From Chloroflexota bacterium (lineage in GTDB: Bacteria > Chloroflexota > Dehalococcoidia > GIF9 > AB-539-J10), in NCBI GenBank assembly GCA_030611015.1, contig JAUWQP010000001.1, positions 1-62,933 on the forward strand: a stretch of 62,933 nt of DNA, read 5' to 3'. Shown here piece after piece: positions 36,599 to 46,839 of this stretch (position 1 is the first letter of the stretch; every line of letters begins with the position of its first letter). The notes under the pieces are model-generated. The model ran no database searches and was not told where the DNA came from. It saw only the letters and a program-made list of their open reading frames with translations. Made by a program: the position numbers and the translations under genes.

Positions 36599-37042
36599 CT
36601 CCTCCAGTACCATCTTAACCGCTTCAGGAATCGCTCTCTCTATCTCGGGCGTGCATTTTTCGCTAAAACTAGCAATGTCTTTGGCCTCCACAGCAAATAT
36701 AGTGATTTTTTGGGGCATCACTAAGTTAAGCATCTTCCCCAATTCCAGAGCGGTAACCAGGTTTATTTGATGAGGTGAAGAAAGATGTTTGGCAAAGGAA
36801 AAATCTTCAGGCTTCATACGATATATCTGGCCGGCTTTCCCTTTTTTGGTTTGGATAGCATCAATGATAATGACTTGATCATAGCCTACAATAGAATCTA
36901 AAAGGCTAAGGCCAGCTGCACTTGTTTCAGCTACAGTTACTTGCGGGCTGTTGAATTGGTTCGCCACCTCGTGCGCCACCTTAATCCCTACACCATCATC
37001 AGATAAAATAGGATTCCCCAGCCCTAAAACCAGGGTTTTCAT
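36587..37042 (-). CDS. [NiFe]-hydrogenase maturation endopeptidase
   Basis: 151 aa with the N-terminal LVLGLGNPILSDDGVG motif, directly downstream of a large subunit. Its 3-prime end overlaps moaC by 12 nt (convergent). Confidence 0.85.
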   Translation of the reverse strand: MKTLVLGLGNPILSDDGVGIKVAHEVANQFNSPQVTVAETSAAGLSLLDSIVGYDQVIIIDAIQTKKGKAGQIYRMKPEDFSFAKHLSSPHQINLVTALELGKMLNLVMPQKITIFAVEAKDIASFSEKCTPEIERAIPEAVKMVLEELVG

Positions 37043-37064
37043 TTCGATTTGCGAGAACTTGTTA

Positions 37065-38531
37065 TTAGATGCCTTGGCTCAGTTTTTTAAGCTCATTGCC
37101 CTGGGCGTCATAGATGGTCACTTCCAGAGGCGATTGCCCAGGGAGAGAGTGAGTGGCACAGGCAAGGCAGAGGTCATAGGGACGCCATGCCATCTCGATG
37201 CGGTTGAGCAAACCCTCGGTTATCTCTTTACCAGGTTTTATCAGGTCTACGGCTGCCTTTTTGATAGACATGGAGATAGCCGCGTGGTTATTGGTAGTGC
37301 CCACGATCAGGTTACACTTCTTTATGATCCCTCTTTCATCAGTTATGTAATGATGGGTAAGAGTACCTCGAGGTGCTTCAACAATGCCCACTCCTTCATC
37401 AGGCGTCGCCGTCGGTATGTTGCGAATATCCGGGCTGGTTATCTCCGGATCTCGAACAAGCTCCACCATTCTTTCAGCGGCGTAAAGAAGTTCAATCAGG
37501 CGTGCCCAGTGGGTTGCCAGAGTATAGTGGGCTGGCTTGCCACCGAGGGTGGAATACATCTTTTCATATTCTTCCTGAGCTAGAGGAGTTGCCATACCAT
37601 CGGCAGCATTTAGCCGTGATTGAGGTGTGCATCGATAAACTCCACTATCCTTGCCGTCAACAAAACCTTTCCAGCCGACTTTCTTAAGATAGGGGAACTT
37701 GAGGTATGTCCAGGGCTCGACATGTTCCGCCACATGCTCCAGATAGTCCCGAGGGGCATACTTACAGAACTCTTTGCCCTCAGGGTCAACCACACGAACT
37801 TTGCCATCGTAGAAATTGACCTTATTATTTTCATCAACCAACCCCATATAATAAGTCCGGTGGGTAAAAGTATCGCTCAGCACCATGTCCAAATACTCTT
37901 TGTTCTTTAGCACAATGTCATCAAAGACTTTGAGCGATAATTTGCCGAACTCCACCGACGATTTGGCTATTTCTTCTATCTTTGCCCTTTCCTCTTCATT
38001 TATGGCTTTGCTTACACCGCCGGGCAATCCGAAGCAGGGGTGTATTGGACGCCCGCCAATTGTCTGGATAACCCAGTGATTGTCGTGACGGGTTTTGATT
38101 ACAGCGCCTCCCAGCTCCAGCCCCACTTTAGCAATTACTCCGAGGATGTTGCGCTCAGCAGGAGGGGCATCCGGACCCATAACGAAATCGGGGGCAGCAA
38201 GGATATAAAAGTGAGTAGTATGGTCAGTTACGTAGAACGCGCTATAAAGAAGCTCACGCAGCTTTTTGGCTGTGCTGGTTGGTTCAACATGGAACAGGGC
38301 GTCTAAGGTTTTGGTTGACGCCATATGGTGGGCTTCAGGGCAGACGCCGCAGATACGCTGAGTTATCTGGGGCATATCCTCGGCCGGTCGGCCCTCGGAA
38401 AATTTCTCGAAACCCCTGAGTTCGGGAACCTGGAAATAAGTATTGGCTACCCCACCATCGTCATTGAGGAAGATGGCAATTTTACCGTGCCCTTCAAGTC
38501 GGGTGATGGGGTCTATCATTATTTTTTTCAT
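37065..38531 (-). CDS. mvhA: [NiFe]-hydrogenase large subunit, Mvh/Vhu (group 3c) type, copy 1
   Basis: 488 aa. Ni-Fe ligand pairs RICGVCPEAHH (N-terminal) and DLCLACATH (C-terminal). Operon order is D-G-A. Confidence 0.85.
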   Translation of the reverse strand: MKKIMIDPITRLEGHGKIAIFLNDDGGVANTYFQVPELRGFEKFSEGRPAEDMPQITQRICGVCPEAHHMASTKTLDALFHVEPTSTAKKLRELLYSAFYVTDHTTHFYILAAPDFVMGPDAPPAERNILGVIAKVGLELGGAVIKTRHDNHWVIQTIGGRPIHPCFGLPGGVSKAINEEERAKIEEIAKSSVEFGKLSLKVFDDIVLKNKEYLDMVLSDTFTHRTYYMGLVDENNKVNFYDGKVRVVDPEGKEFCKYAPRDYLEHVAEHVEPWTYLKFPYLKKVGWKGFVDGKDSGVYRCTPQSRLNAADGMATPLAQEEYEKMYSTLGGKPAHYTLATHWARLIELLYAAERMVELVRDPEITSPDIRNIPTATPDEGVGIVEAPRGTLTHHYITDERGIIKKCNLIVGTTNNHAAISMSIKKAAVDLIKPGKEITEGLLNRIEMAWRPYDLCLACATHSLPGQSPLEVTIYDAQGNELKKLSQGI

Positions 38532-39487
38532 TTTATCCTCGCCCTCCTGAGTAGTGAATCTGGCAGACTGTAGCGGTAAAAAGTGCCTGCTGGGTCGGGA
38601 ATATCGTCAATTATCCTTTGAATCTCCTCGGGGTCATTGGAGTCAATGATAGACGAGAGAGCACTCAAAAAATAAGCCCCCTGATCAATTACTCCTTCCA
38701 CTGGTCCATAACAGCCGGTGCAGGGCATGTTAGCCTGAGGGCAGAGAGCGCCACAGCCGCCCCGAGTAGCTATGCCGTAGCACAACAATCCCTGCTCAAG
38801 CAGACATCTTTCCGGGTCAGGTACTATTTCGTAAGGTCGATAGAATTTTTTGATTTTCTTTTCCTCTTTCTTACGAGGACACTCATCACAAACAGCCTTT
38901 ACCGCGTGACTTATGACAGTCCCTTTCGGTGGTAACTTGCCTGTAATCAAAGCTTCAAGGGCAAGCCAGGTTGTCTTCTCCTCCGGAGGACAACCGGGAA
39001 CGAAATAATCCACGTCCACGGTTTGGGCCAGAGTCTTAACCGTATCATAGAACTCAGGGAGCTCAAGTTCGCCCTCGGGCACCTTAACTTTCGTCTGAGG
39101 GAAAATTTTCCCAGGATTATCAGTCGTTGGGGTTTCTATGTAGACGCGCTCGAAGGTCGTTTTTCGGTCATAAAAATTAGACAGTCCTGGGATACAGCCT
39201 TCATAAGAACAAGAGCCATAAGCGATCATTATTTTAGATTTGGCTCGTAAGAGTTTGGCAACATGCTCATTCTCCGAAGTCCTGATAGCACCATTAAATA
39301 GACAGGCATCAATACTTTTATCTGGCATCTTCTCTACATCAGCATACTTGAAATCCACGCCTATTGGCCAGAACACGATGTCGGCGGCCTCGGCTAGCTT
39401 CAAAATCTTTTCGCCTATTGCTAGGGTGGCGATGTCACAACCACCACAACTAGCCGCCCAATAAAGAGCTATCTTAAGTTTAGCCAT
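38528..39487 (-). CDS. mvhG: [NiFe]-hydrogenase small subunit, Mvh/Vhu type, copy 1
   Basis: 319 aa with the proximal cluster motif ASCGGCD and further Cys clusters (GCPP, CGALCP..CTGC). Confidence 0.85.
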   Translation of the reverse strand: MAKLKIALYWAASCGGCDIATLAIGEKILKLAEAADIVFWPIGVDFKYADVEKMPDKSIDACLFNGAIRTSENEHVAKLLRAKSKIMIAYGSCSYEGCIPGLSNFYDRKTTFERVYIETPTTDNPGKIFPQTKVKVPEGELELPEFYDTVKTLAQTVDVDYFVPGCPPEEKTTWLALEALITGKLPPKGTVISHAVKAVCDECPRKKEEKKIKKFYRPYEIVPDPERCLLEQGLLCYGIATRGGCGALCPQANMPCTGCYGPVEGVIDQGAYFLSALSSIIDSNDPEEIQRIIDDIPDPAGTFYRYSLPDSLLRRARIK

Positions 39488-39923
39488 GCTTTGCCTCCTT
39501 AGAACTTTGCTTTAAATGGCCTAATGTACTTGGCCCAAGGTTTTTTATGGATTGAGTAAAACTATTAGCCACCTCAGCAAATCTTGCTCCTTCAGACGCA
39601 GAAACCCACTCCAGCCGAAGTCTTTCTTCCCCTACCCCAAACTGTTTCAACATTTTCTTGAGCAGCGGGATGCGGCGTAGTGTCTTGTAATTTCCTTCAA
39701 TGTAGTGGCAGTCGCCAGGATGGCAACCAAGGACTAACACGCCATCAGCGCCAACGCTAAGCGCTTTAAGGATAAAGAGAGGGCTCACCCTGCCGCTACA
39801 CATCACCCTTATTACCCTTATAGCAGGATGGTATTGGATTCTGGAAGTGCCTGCCAGATCGGCACCGGCATAAGAACACCAATTACAGCAAAAAGCTACT
39901 ATTTTAGGTTCAAAGTTGTCCAT
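39480..39923 (-). CDS. mvhD: MvhD/FlpD-like [2Fe-2S] hydrogenase delta subunit, copy 1
   Basis: 147 aa with [30 protein letters not shown]. Confidence 0.85.
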   Translation of the reverse strand: MDNFEPKIVAFCCNWCSYAGADLAGTSRIQYHPAIRVIRVMCSGRVSPLFILKALSVGADGVLVLGCHPGDCHYIEGNYKTLRRIPLLKKMLKQFGVGEERLRLEWVSASEGARFAEVANSFTQSIKNLGPSTLGHLKQSSKEAKHG

Positions 39924-40081
39924 CTAGCCCCCTGATTAAACAGAAAGGGTAGTTCCAATCCACCCTTACTTGCCAGCCTGATAACACGAGCTCGTAATGG
40001 TAGCACGTCTATCGAAAAAAGGCACTTCCTATCGTGTGCTCCATCAGGGATTCACGCTCTAGGTGGAAAGCAGCGGCAATC

Positions 40082-40465
40082 CTATTGCTCTACCCCGGCC
40101 TTTTTAAGAAATTCCTCTACCTTGGCCACCAAGTCCTTTGGTTTGATGGGTTTGACAATGTACTCAGACACCTCAAATGGAAAAGGTTGACCCAGTGACT
40201 CTGAGAAGCTGGTCAACGCCAGGACAGGAATCTTGGTAAGCGATGGGTCCTTACGGAATTGGTCGGCAAATGTAAAACCATCCGCCACCGGCATCAAAAT
40301 ATCCAGAACGACTAAATCAGGTTTCTCTTTTCTTGCCTTTTCCAAACCTTCCTGCCCATTGTAGGCCACAATCACCTCGTAAGCTTTACTTTCCAGAGCC
40401 CCGCTCATGACTTTCACAAGATCAACATCATCGTCAACGAGTAGAATCTTCGGCCTTTGTTTCAT
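40082..40465 (-). CDS. Single-domain response regulator (CheY-like receiver)
   Basis: 127 aa with ILLVDDD, phospho-acceptor DLVVLDILMP, and LTS..K. Confidence 0.85.
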   Translation of the reverse strand: MKQRPKILLVDDDVDLVKVMSGALESKAYEVIVAYNGQEGLEKARKEKPDLVVLDILMPVADGFTFADQFRKDPSLTKIPVLALTSFSESLGQPFPFEVSEYIVKPIKPKDLVAKVEEFLKKAGVEQ

Positions 40466-40510
40466 ATTTAATCACCTCCTTAGTTATTCATTCTGAGACC
40501 CTACATGCGT

Positions 40511-41758
40511 TTATTCTGCCTTGGCTTCCGTCCCCAACGTCCGCATTTGCGGCAGAGTAAAAGTAAATTTGCTCCCCTTGCCAGTCTCGGGACAGGGACT
40601 CTCAGTCCAGATTTTCCCTCCGTGAGCCTCAATTATTCGCTTCGATATGGATAACCCTAATCCGGTTCCTTTCTTTCCTACGTTGCTCCCTCTGAAAAAC
40701 TCGTCAAAAACTCGTGGTAGCTCACCAGGCAGTATGCCGATTCCAGAATCCATTATTTCAATTGCTATCTCGTTATCATATTCCTTCACCCTTACAAGTA
40801 CCATGCCTTCACGCGTATAATTAATAGCATTACTTATCAGGTTATCCAATACTTGTTGCAGCCGCCGCTTTGATGCATAAATTTTAGGCGAACTTTCGGG
40901 TAGTTCAACCTTCAATACTATACCCTTCTTCCGTGCCACATTATCGGAACCTTCCACTGCTTGTTTAACCACCTCGTTCAAAGAAAGTTCCGCCATCTCG
41001 CGCTCAATCTGGCCAGCTGCGATACGAGGTATGTCCAGCAGATCGGTAATCAGTGTCAGAAGCTCATCAATTCTCCTGGTGCCCCTTTGCATCAGGTCCT
41101 TTTGCCCTTCAGTAATCTCTCCGGTGTATCCATCCAGTATATAGGATAATAAGCTCTGGGTAGCAACCAGCGGTGATTGGAGATCATGAGCGACAACACT
41201 GAGAAAGCGAACAAACTGTCGTCTCTCCTCTTCCAGCTTGTCTACTTCAGTAAAACACTGTTCAAGCCTCCTCGCATTCTCCGAGGCAATAGCACCTAGA
41301 TTGGCAACCGCCTGCACAAAATATACCTCATCAGCCGTAAAGTCGTGCTGCTTTGCAGTATACACCCTTATCACCCCCACTACGTCTTTCCTGAATAGCA
41401 CTGGTGCCGAAAGCATAGACGTTATCCCCTCTCGTTTAGCCCGTTCCCTATACTGGACTCTCTCATCCTCGGTTGCGTTCAATATGGCAACTGGCTCCCC
41501 TTTCAACACCTGTGGAATACTTTTGTCGGCAGACAACGGGCCCTTGCGGACATACCAGTCGCTCAATCCATAGGTTGCTGCCTGAAGCAAGTCTTTCCGG
41601 TCCGGGGTAAGGAGCATTAATGTGCACCCTTTAACATCCAATGCCTTGGCAACAGTTTCCACAATAGTGTTGAGCACGTTCTCATGTGTACCAGCCGAAT
41701 TTACCACAGCTGCTATTTCGTAAAGGCTGCGGTAGTATCTCTGCGTCAGCCTCACCAT
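40511..41758 (-). CDS. Cytoplasmic GAF-domain sensor histidine kinase
   Basis: 415 aa with no hydrophobic spans. N-terminal GAF-like region, H-box VVAHDLQSPL, N-box and G-boxes (DSGIGI, GTGLGLS). Confidence 0.85.
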   Translation of the reverse strand: MVRLTQRYYRSLYEIAAVVNSAGTHENVLNTIVETVAKALDVKGCTLMLLTPDRKDLLQAATYGLSDWYVRKGPLSADKSIPQVLKGEPVAILNATEDERVQYRERAKREGITSMLSAPVLFRKDVVGVIRVYTAKQHDFTADEVYFVQAVANLGAIASENARRLEQCFTEVDKLEEERRQFVRFLSVVAHDLQSPLVATQSLLSYILDGYTGEITEGQKDLMQRGTRRIDELLTLITDLLDIPRIAAGQIEREMAELSLNEVVKQAVEGSDNVARKKGIVLKVELPESSPKIYASKRRLQQVLDNLISNAINYTREGMVLVRVKEYDNEIAIEIMDSGIGILPGELPRVFDEFFRGSNVGKKGTGLGLSISKRIIEAHGGKIWTESPCPETGKGSKFTFTLPQMRTLGTEAKAE

Positions 41759-41892
41759 TGTCTTACTTCAGCACATATAACACTATCACAATGCAGTTGA
41801 AACCTATGCTCTACGTTACTATTATACTATGAAACTATCTACACGCCCATCGCTATACCACTCTAACTCCAAACCAAGTCATCCACTCTAGA

Positions 41893-43374
41893 TTATAGCC
41901 TCTGCAAAGTGCGTATCAAGTCGCCTCGGTGGTCTCTTATATTCACCGTCAGCGGCATCTGGCCGGGCAGGGCATGAGTCGCACAAGCCAGACACGGATC
42001 ATATGCTCGGAAAGCCATCTCCACCATATTGAGGAAACCTTCCTTGACTTGAGGACCCTTCACAAATTCCCTAGCGGCCTTTTTCACAGACAAACATATG
42101 GGGGCGGCATTGTGCTGGGTTGCCACGATAAGATTCACCTTTGTAGCTTTTCCCTCAGCATCAGCTTCATAATGGTGGATTAACGTTCCCCGCGATGCCT
42201 CAACACAACCAATGCCAACCTTGTCCAGCTTAAGGTCCATATTGCGTATATCCTTGCTGGTCAGCAGAGGGTCATTAGCAATCCTCTGCATATGCTCTGC
42301 AGCCTGGAAAGCTTCAATCAACCTTGCCCAATGGTAAGCGAGAGTATGGTGACTCGGTTTGCCGCCCAATATATCAAACATCGTCTCATATTCTCTCTGT
42401 GCCAGAGGTGTTAGCATACTATCGGCTACGTTTAGTCTTGCCAGGGGCCCTACACGGTACAATGATGTTGCCTCACCTTCATTCAAGCCCCTCCAACCTA
42501 TCTTCCTCAAGTACGTTAGCTTTACATACGTCCATGGTTCAACCCACTCCCCTATGTGATCAACATAGTCGTGATAATCAAATAGGGCATATTCCTCACC
42601 TCCAGGACCAACTACCCTGCACTTACCTTCGTAAAAATTCAACCGGTTGTTCTCATCGACCAGTCCCATATAATAGGTGTTCAGTTTGTAAGCGTCATTC
42701 AGGACCATGTTCAGATATTCTTTATTATCTAGTACAACCTGCTTGAATAACTCCAGCGAAAACTGGCAAAATTCGACACAGAAATCGGCTGTCTCGCGAA
42801 TCCATTTCCTGTCCTCCTCGGTGATTCTCGTGGAGACTCCGCCGGGCAAGCCACCCTCGGGATGGGCAGGCTTGCTGGCAATGTGCCGTATTATCTCACG
42901 ACACCGCTTCCTTGCCTCTATGACCTTACCACCGATTTCCAGTCCCACCTTCTGCACCACACCGAGAATATTCCGTTGCGCCGGGTCGGCAGCTGGACCA
43001 AGCACGAAATCGGGCGAGGAAAGTATATAGAAGTGCAACAAATGGTCTTCTATTATGAAGGCATTGTAATGGAGTTGCCGTATCAGCTTGGCAGTGGGTG
43101 TTGGCTCCACCCCGTACAGATCATCCAGCGCTTTTACCGACGCCATATTGTGGGGGGTTGGGCAAACGCCACAGATGTTGGGCATAATCCTTGGCAACTC
43201 CTCCACAGGCCTACCCAGGCAAAAAACCTCAAACCCTCTAAGCTCCACCACCTGCCAGTAAGCATCTTCTACGTTGCCCTTATCATCCAGGAAAATCTCG
43301 ATCTTCCCGTGTCCCTCAAGTCTGGTTATCGGGTTTATCGTAATCCGTTTGCTCACATTACACCTCTTTACCAT
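41893..43374 (-). CDS. mvhA: [NiFe]-hydrogenase large subunit, Mvh/Vhu type, copy 2
   Basis: 493 aa with NICGVCPTPHN and DPCLACATH. Clear paralogue of 37065-38531, with roughly half of positions identical by eye. Confidence 0.85.
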   Translation of the reverse strand: MVKRCNVSKRITINPITRLEGHGKIEIFLDDKGNVEDAYWQVVELRGFEVFCLGRPVEELPRIMPNICGVCPTPHNMASVKALDDLYGVEPTPTAKLIRQLHYNAFIIEDHLLHFYILSSPDFVLGPAADPAQRNILGVVQKVGLEIGGKVIEARKRCREIIRHIASKPAHPEGGLPGGVSTRITEEDRKWIRETADFCVEFCQFSLELFKQVVLDNKEYLNMVLNDAYKLNTYYMGLVDENNRLNFYEGKCRVVGPGGEEYALFDYHDYVDHIGEWVEPWTYVKLTYLRKIGWRGLNEGEATSLYRVGPLARLNVADSMLTPLAQREYETMFDILGGKPSHHTLAYHWARLIEAFQAAEHMQRIANDPLLTSKDIRNMDLKLDKVGIGCVEASRGTLIHHYEADAEGKATKVNLIVATQHNAAPICLSVKKAAREFVKGPQVKEGFLNMVEMAFRAYDPCLACATHALPGQMPLTVNIRDHRGDLIRTLQRL

Positions 43375-43379
43375 CTAGT

Positions 43380-44348
43380 CTATTTCTCAACCCGCTTTTT
43401 CTGCAACATCGAGGCAGGGACTGAGAATCGGTAGAGATATCCCACAGGGTCAACGAACTGGTTCACAACTGTCGCTACCTCTTCATCGCTCTCTGCATCC
43501 AGGATTGATGCCATGGCCGAGATGAATTTAGCCCCGGAATCTTCGACCCCCTCCACAGGGCCAAAGCACCCCCGGCACGGCATATTGATACTCATGCAGG
43601 CCTCTCCACAGCCATCACGAGTAGCCGGGCCCAGACAGATTATGCCCTGAGCCAGAAAACAGGTATCGGGATCAGCCTCCACCTCATGAATCCTCCTGAT
43701 TTCCTTTATTGATATCTTATCCGGCTTCGATTGGTTACGCTTACAGCTATCACATAGGGCTCTATGCGGTGCTAAGATTGAGCCTTTGGGAGGAAGTTTG
43801 TCTTCCAGAACCGCGCTCACAGCATACATCACCGAATATGGCGGGGGAGGGCATCCAGGCAGGTAATAATCGACATCAATGACGTCATTCAATGCGTAAA
43901 CGCGGTCATAGAATTCGGGCAGAGTAAGCACTTTTCCATTGACACTAGAGGTTGTCTGGGGATAGTTACCATTGGGGTTAACTACAGTTGGGGCATCGCG
44001 ATAGACCCAGCTGAAGATATCTTCCTTTGTAGTAAGATTAGCCAATCCGGGGGTTCCTCCAAGGCAAGCGCAGGAACCGAAGGCAAGAATCAGTTGCGAC
44101 TTCTCCCTTAGCAGCTTCGCTATCTCTTCTTGTTCGGAGTTTCTGACATGTCCATTGACCAGACTCAGCGCAATTTCACCATTCTTCATCCCTTTGAGGC
44201 TATCATACTTGAAGTCCATCGCTACCGGCCACAGAATTATATCAACCGCCGCCGCCACACGAAGGAGTACTTCATTCATATCAACAACCGCCTCGTCACA
44301 GCCGCCGCATGACCCCAACCAGCAAATTGCAATCTTGGGTTTGGCCAT
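43380..44348 (-). CDS. mvhG: [NiFe]-hydrogenase small subunit, copy 2
   Basis: 322 aa with GSCGGCD, GCPPP and CGEAC..CRGC. Confidence 0.85.
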   Translation of the reverse strand: MAKPKIAICWLGSCGGCDEAVVDMNEVLLRVAAAVDIILWPVAMDFKYDSLKGMKNGEIALSLVNGHVRNSEQEEIAKLLREKSQLILAFGSCACLGGTPGLANLTTKEDIFSWVYRDAPTVVNPNGNYPQTTSSVNGKVLTLPEFYDRVYALNDVIDVDYYLPGCPPPPYSVMYAVSAVLEDKLPPKGSILAPHRALCDSCKRNQSKPDKISIKEIRRIHEVEADPDTCFLAQGIICLGPATRDGCGEACMSINMPCRGCFGPVEGVEDSGAKFISAMASILDAESDEEVATVVNQFVDPVGYLYRFSVPASMLQKKRVEK

Positions 44349-44349
44349 C

Positions 44350-44814
44350 TCATTTCCCTCCTCTAGCTTTGATTGTCTCTTTTGGCTTCTTCTCTATCAT
44401 CGAACCCTTTTTCAGCGGACCCAGTTTTGCCAATTCCTGCCGCATCTCTTCCACCAACCTGGGGATTCTGTTGCCTTCAGGGTCCCTAGATAGTTCTATC
44501 CTAATCCTTTCCTTCTCTATACCAACAGATCCTAACAGCCTGCGAACTAAATACACTCTCTTCTTTGCCTCGTAGTTGCCATCTTGATAGTGACAGTCCC
44601 CTTCCGGGCAACCGAGTATCAGAATTCCGTCGGCCCCTGCTTTGAATGCCTCGAGCATATGCGTGGCATCAATTTTCCCCGTGCAAATTAGTGGCATCCA
44701 GTTATCTATCTTGCTTGAGAGCGTATCTTCATCTCTCAGATAGCCCCAGCTAAATTTGCAGGAAAAACACACTAATTTAGGTTTATATTCACTCAATGCC
44801 ATCCTCCTAAACAA
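44350..44814 (-). CDS. mvhD: MvhD/FlpD-like subunit, copy 2
   Basis: 154 aa with FSCKFS, ICTGKI, GADGILILGCPEGDCHY. Confidence 0.8.
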   Translation of the reverse strand: MFRRMALSEYKPKLVCFSCKFSWGYLRDEDTLSSKIDNWMPLICTGKIDATHMLEAFKAGADGILILGCPEGDCHYQDGNYEAKKRVYLVRRLLGSVGIEKERIRIELSRDPEGNRIPRLVEEMRQELAKLGPLKKGSMIEKKPKETIKARGGK

Positions 44815-46624
44815 AATTTTGGCTTGGACACTGCGTCAAAGAGGAGTACAACTCATCTATCCTTTCCGCTGTGTTATCATCGACCATTCTTCTTGCTTCA
44901 GACGGGCAAGCCGCAACGCACATGCCACAGGACTTACATCTGAATATATCCGTTTCGGATACGATTTTTTCACCAGAGCTAATCAAATGAGCAGAATAAT
45001 AATTGCAGACATAAACACAATGGCCACAACCACTACACCTTGCTTCATCTACCTCAACTGGACTCAAAGATTTCTGAAAACCAATCGAGATGCATGCTTT
45101 GCAAGACAGACATGGCCCGCAAGTAACACATCTTCTCGCTTCTTCTATCGCCTCTTTGAGTGTAAAGCCCTGCTCAAAAATCTTGAAGTGCATTCTGTCC
45201 TCTGGCGGCATCCAGGGCACCTCGGGCTCACGCTTATAGTCTCTCCTCCGAGGAATTTGATATCCCTCATAATCTCTTCTTCGCCCCTCCCTCATGTCCA
45301 CCCCCCGTAGATATCTGTCAACTGATTCAGCAGCCACAAGCCCCTCACCCATAGCTTCAACCATAAAGCCGACTCTTCTAACGTCACCGCCTACAAATAC
45401 CCAAGGCTTGTTCACGCCCTGCAATGTTAGATGGTCAACATCAAATCTACCACATTCATCCAGAAGGTCTTCCTTCTGAAGGAGGGACCTATCAGGAGCC
45501 TGCCCTACTGTGATTATGAGTATATCCCCCTCCAAGTCTATACAGTCCGCACAATCAAATTTGGGATTGAACCCTTCCTCGTCAAAGACGCTGACGCAAG
45601 CCGGGCAGTTGATTCCCCTAAATCTGCCCCTCTCTCCGATGATTCTTCTCACACCACGGCTATAGATTATTTTTATGCCCTCCTCCCAAGCCCCACGGAT
45701 TTCCTGCTCGTCGGCAGGTATACCATCTCTATGGTCTTTATCATTACGTTCCAGAGCTACGACAGTGACCTCTGCGCCGTGCCTCTTAGCTGACCTGGCC
45801 ACATCAAAGGCTACATTTCCACCCCCCATGACAATGGCTCTTTTGCCTTTGAAATAATCTGGGGTGATATTATTGTGACTGACTTCATACAGATAAGTGT
45901 GACCATACATAACACCGGCCAGGTCCTGCCCCTCCAAAGATTGTCCCTCAAAAGTCAGCACCCTGGGAAATGGCAGCCCGGTTGCGAGGAAGACTGCCTT
46001 ATAGCCATCGTTCTTCAGTCGCTCCAGTGTCAAATCCCCCACCCCCAGCTTGCTGTTATACCTGACGTCTATGCCAGCAATTCTAACGAGGTTCTCAACC
46101 GTAGTCTGAAGAACATCCTTGGGCAAGCGATAATCCGGGACCAGCCACAGTGCTCCGCCGAGCCGGTCAGAAGCTTCGAAGACCGTTGCGTTATAGCCCC
46201 TCTTGCCTAAATGGTATGCACACATCAGCCCACCCGGGCCACCACCTATGATAGCCACCGCTTCCTTATTCTTAACTATCTCAAATTCCCCCACTTCCTT
46301 TAGATGATCCGTATACACATCCGACAAGAATCTCTTAAGGAGCCTCCTCTTAATTGCACCCCCCTTTTTAAGATAGTTGCACTCCAGTTCACAAATTCCA
46401 CAGATGTAACCGCAAATGTTAAAGAATGGATTTCTTTCATAGAGGTAATCGCTAATCTGGATTATACCTTCTCTTGCCGAATCCATATCTTCAGGGAGAA
46501 GAGAAATCAGCACGTTTGTCCGTTGGATATCCTCATTTATCGGGCATTTGATCTCACAGGGGGGAAGACATTGTCTTACTGCCGTCTCCACATGTGCAAC
46601 TCCCGTGGCTTCAGTTTTCCACAT
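44807..46624 (-). CDS. GltD/NfnB-like FAD/NAD(P)-binding oxidoreductase fused to C-terminal polyferredoxin
   Basis: 605 aa. N-terminal Cys clusters, dinucleotide fold VAIIGGGPGGLMCAYHL..VFEA..LGG...VPDYRLPKDVL, and C-terminal CSGCGHCVYVC and CKSCGMCVAACP. Overlaps mvhD copy 2 by 8 nt. Confidence 0.7.
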   Translation of the reverse strand: MWKTEATGVAHVETAVRQCLPPCEIKCPINEDIQRTNVLISLLPEDMDSAREGIIQISDYLYERNPFFNICGYICGICELECNYLKKGGAIKRRLLKRFLSDVYTDHLKEVGEFEIVKNKEAVAIIGGGPGGLMCAYHLGKRGYNATVFEASDRLGGALWLVPDYRLPKDVLQTTVENLVRIAGIDVRYNSKLGVGDLTLERLKNDGYKAVFLATGLPFPRVLTFEGQSLEGQDLAGVMYGHTYLYEVSHNNITPDYFKGKRAIVMGGGNVAFDVARSAKRHGAEVTVVALERNDKDHRDGIPADEQEIRGAWEEGIKIIYSRGVRRIIGERGRFRGINCPACVSVFDEEGFNPKFDCADCIDLEGDILIITVGQAPDRSLLQKEDLLDECGRFDVDHLTLQGVNKPWVFVGGDVRRVGFMVEAMGEGLVAAESVDRYLRGVDMREGRRRDYEGYQIPRRRDYKREPEVPWMPPEDRMHFKIFEQGFTLKEAIEEARRCVTCGPCLSCKACISIGFQKSLSPVEVDEARCSGCGHCVYVCNYYSAHLISSGEKIVSETDIFRCKSCGMCVAACPSEARRMVDDNTAERIDELYSSLTQCPSQNFV

Positions 46625-46810
46625 ATTTAACCTCCTTGTATAGATTGAGATTCAAAATGAAGTTATATACTGGATCCCAGTTTAACAACGACTCATTGCT
46701 ACAATTTTCCAAGCATGCAATAGTAGATTCTCACTGACTTGCAACATAAGCCGCTACGAACAAGCAAAGCAATTATAACCATTTTCGGTTAAGAGAAGCA
46801 ATACACCTAT

Positions 46811-46839
46811 TTGCATCGGGTAAAGTTAGGTGGTATAAT
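46811..46839 (+). promoter_or_regulatory. Near-consensus sigma-70 promoter of the hox-type operon
   Basis: TTGCAT (46811-46816), exactly 17 nt, TATAAT (46834-46839). This leaves a leader of about 140-160 nt. Confidence 0.55.
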
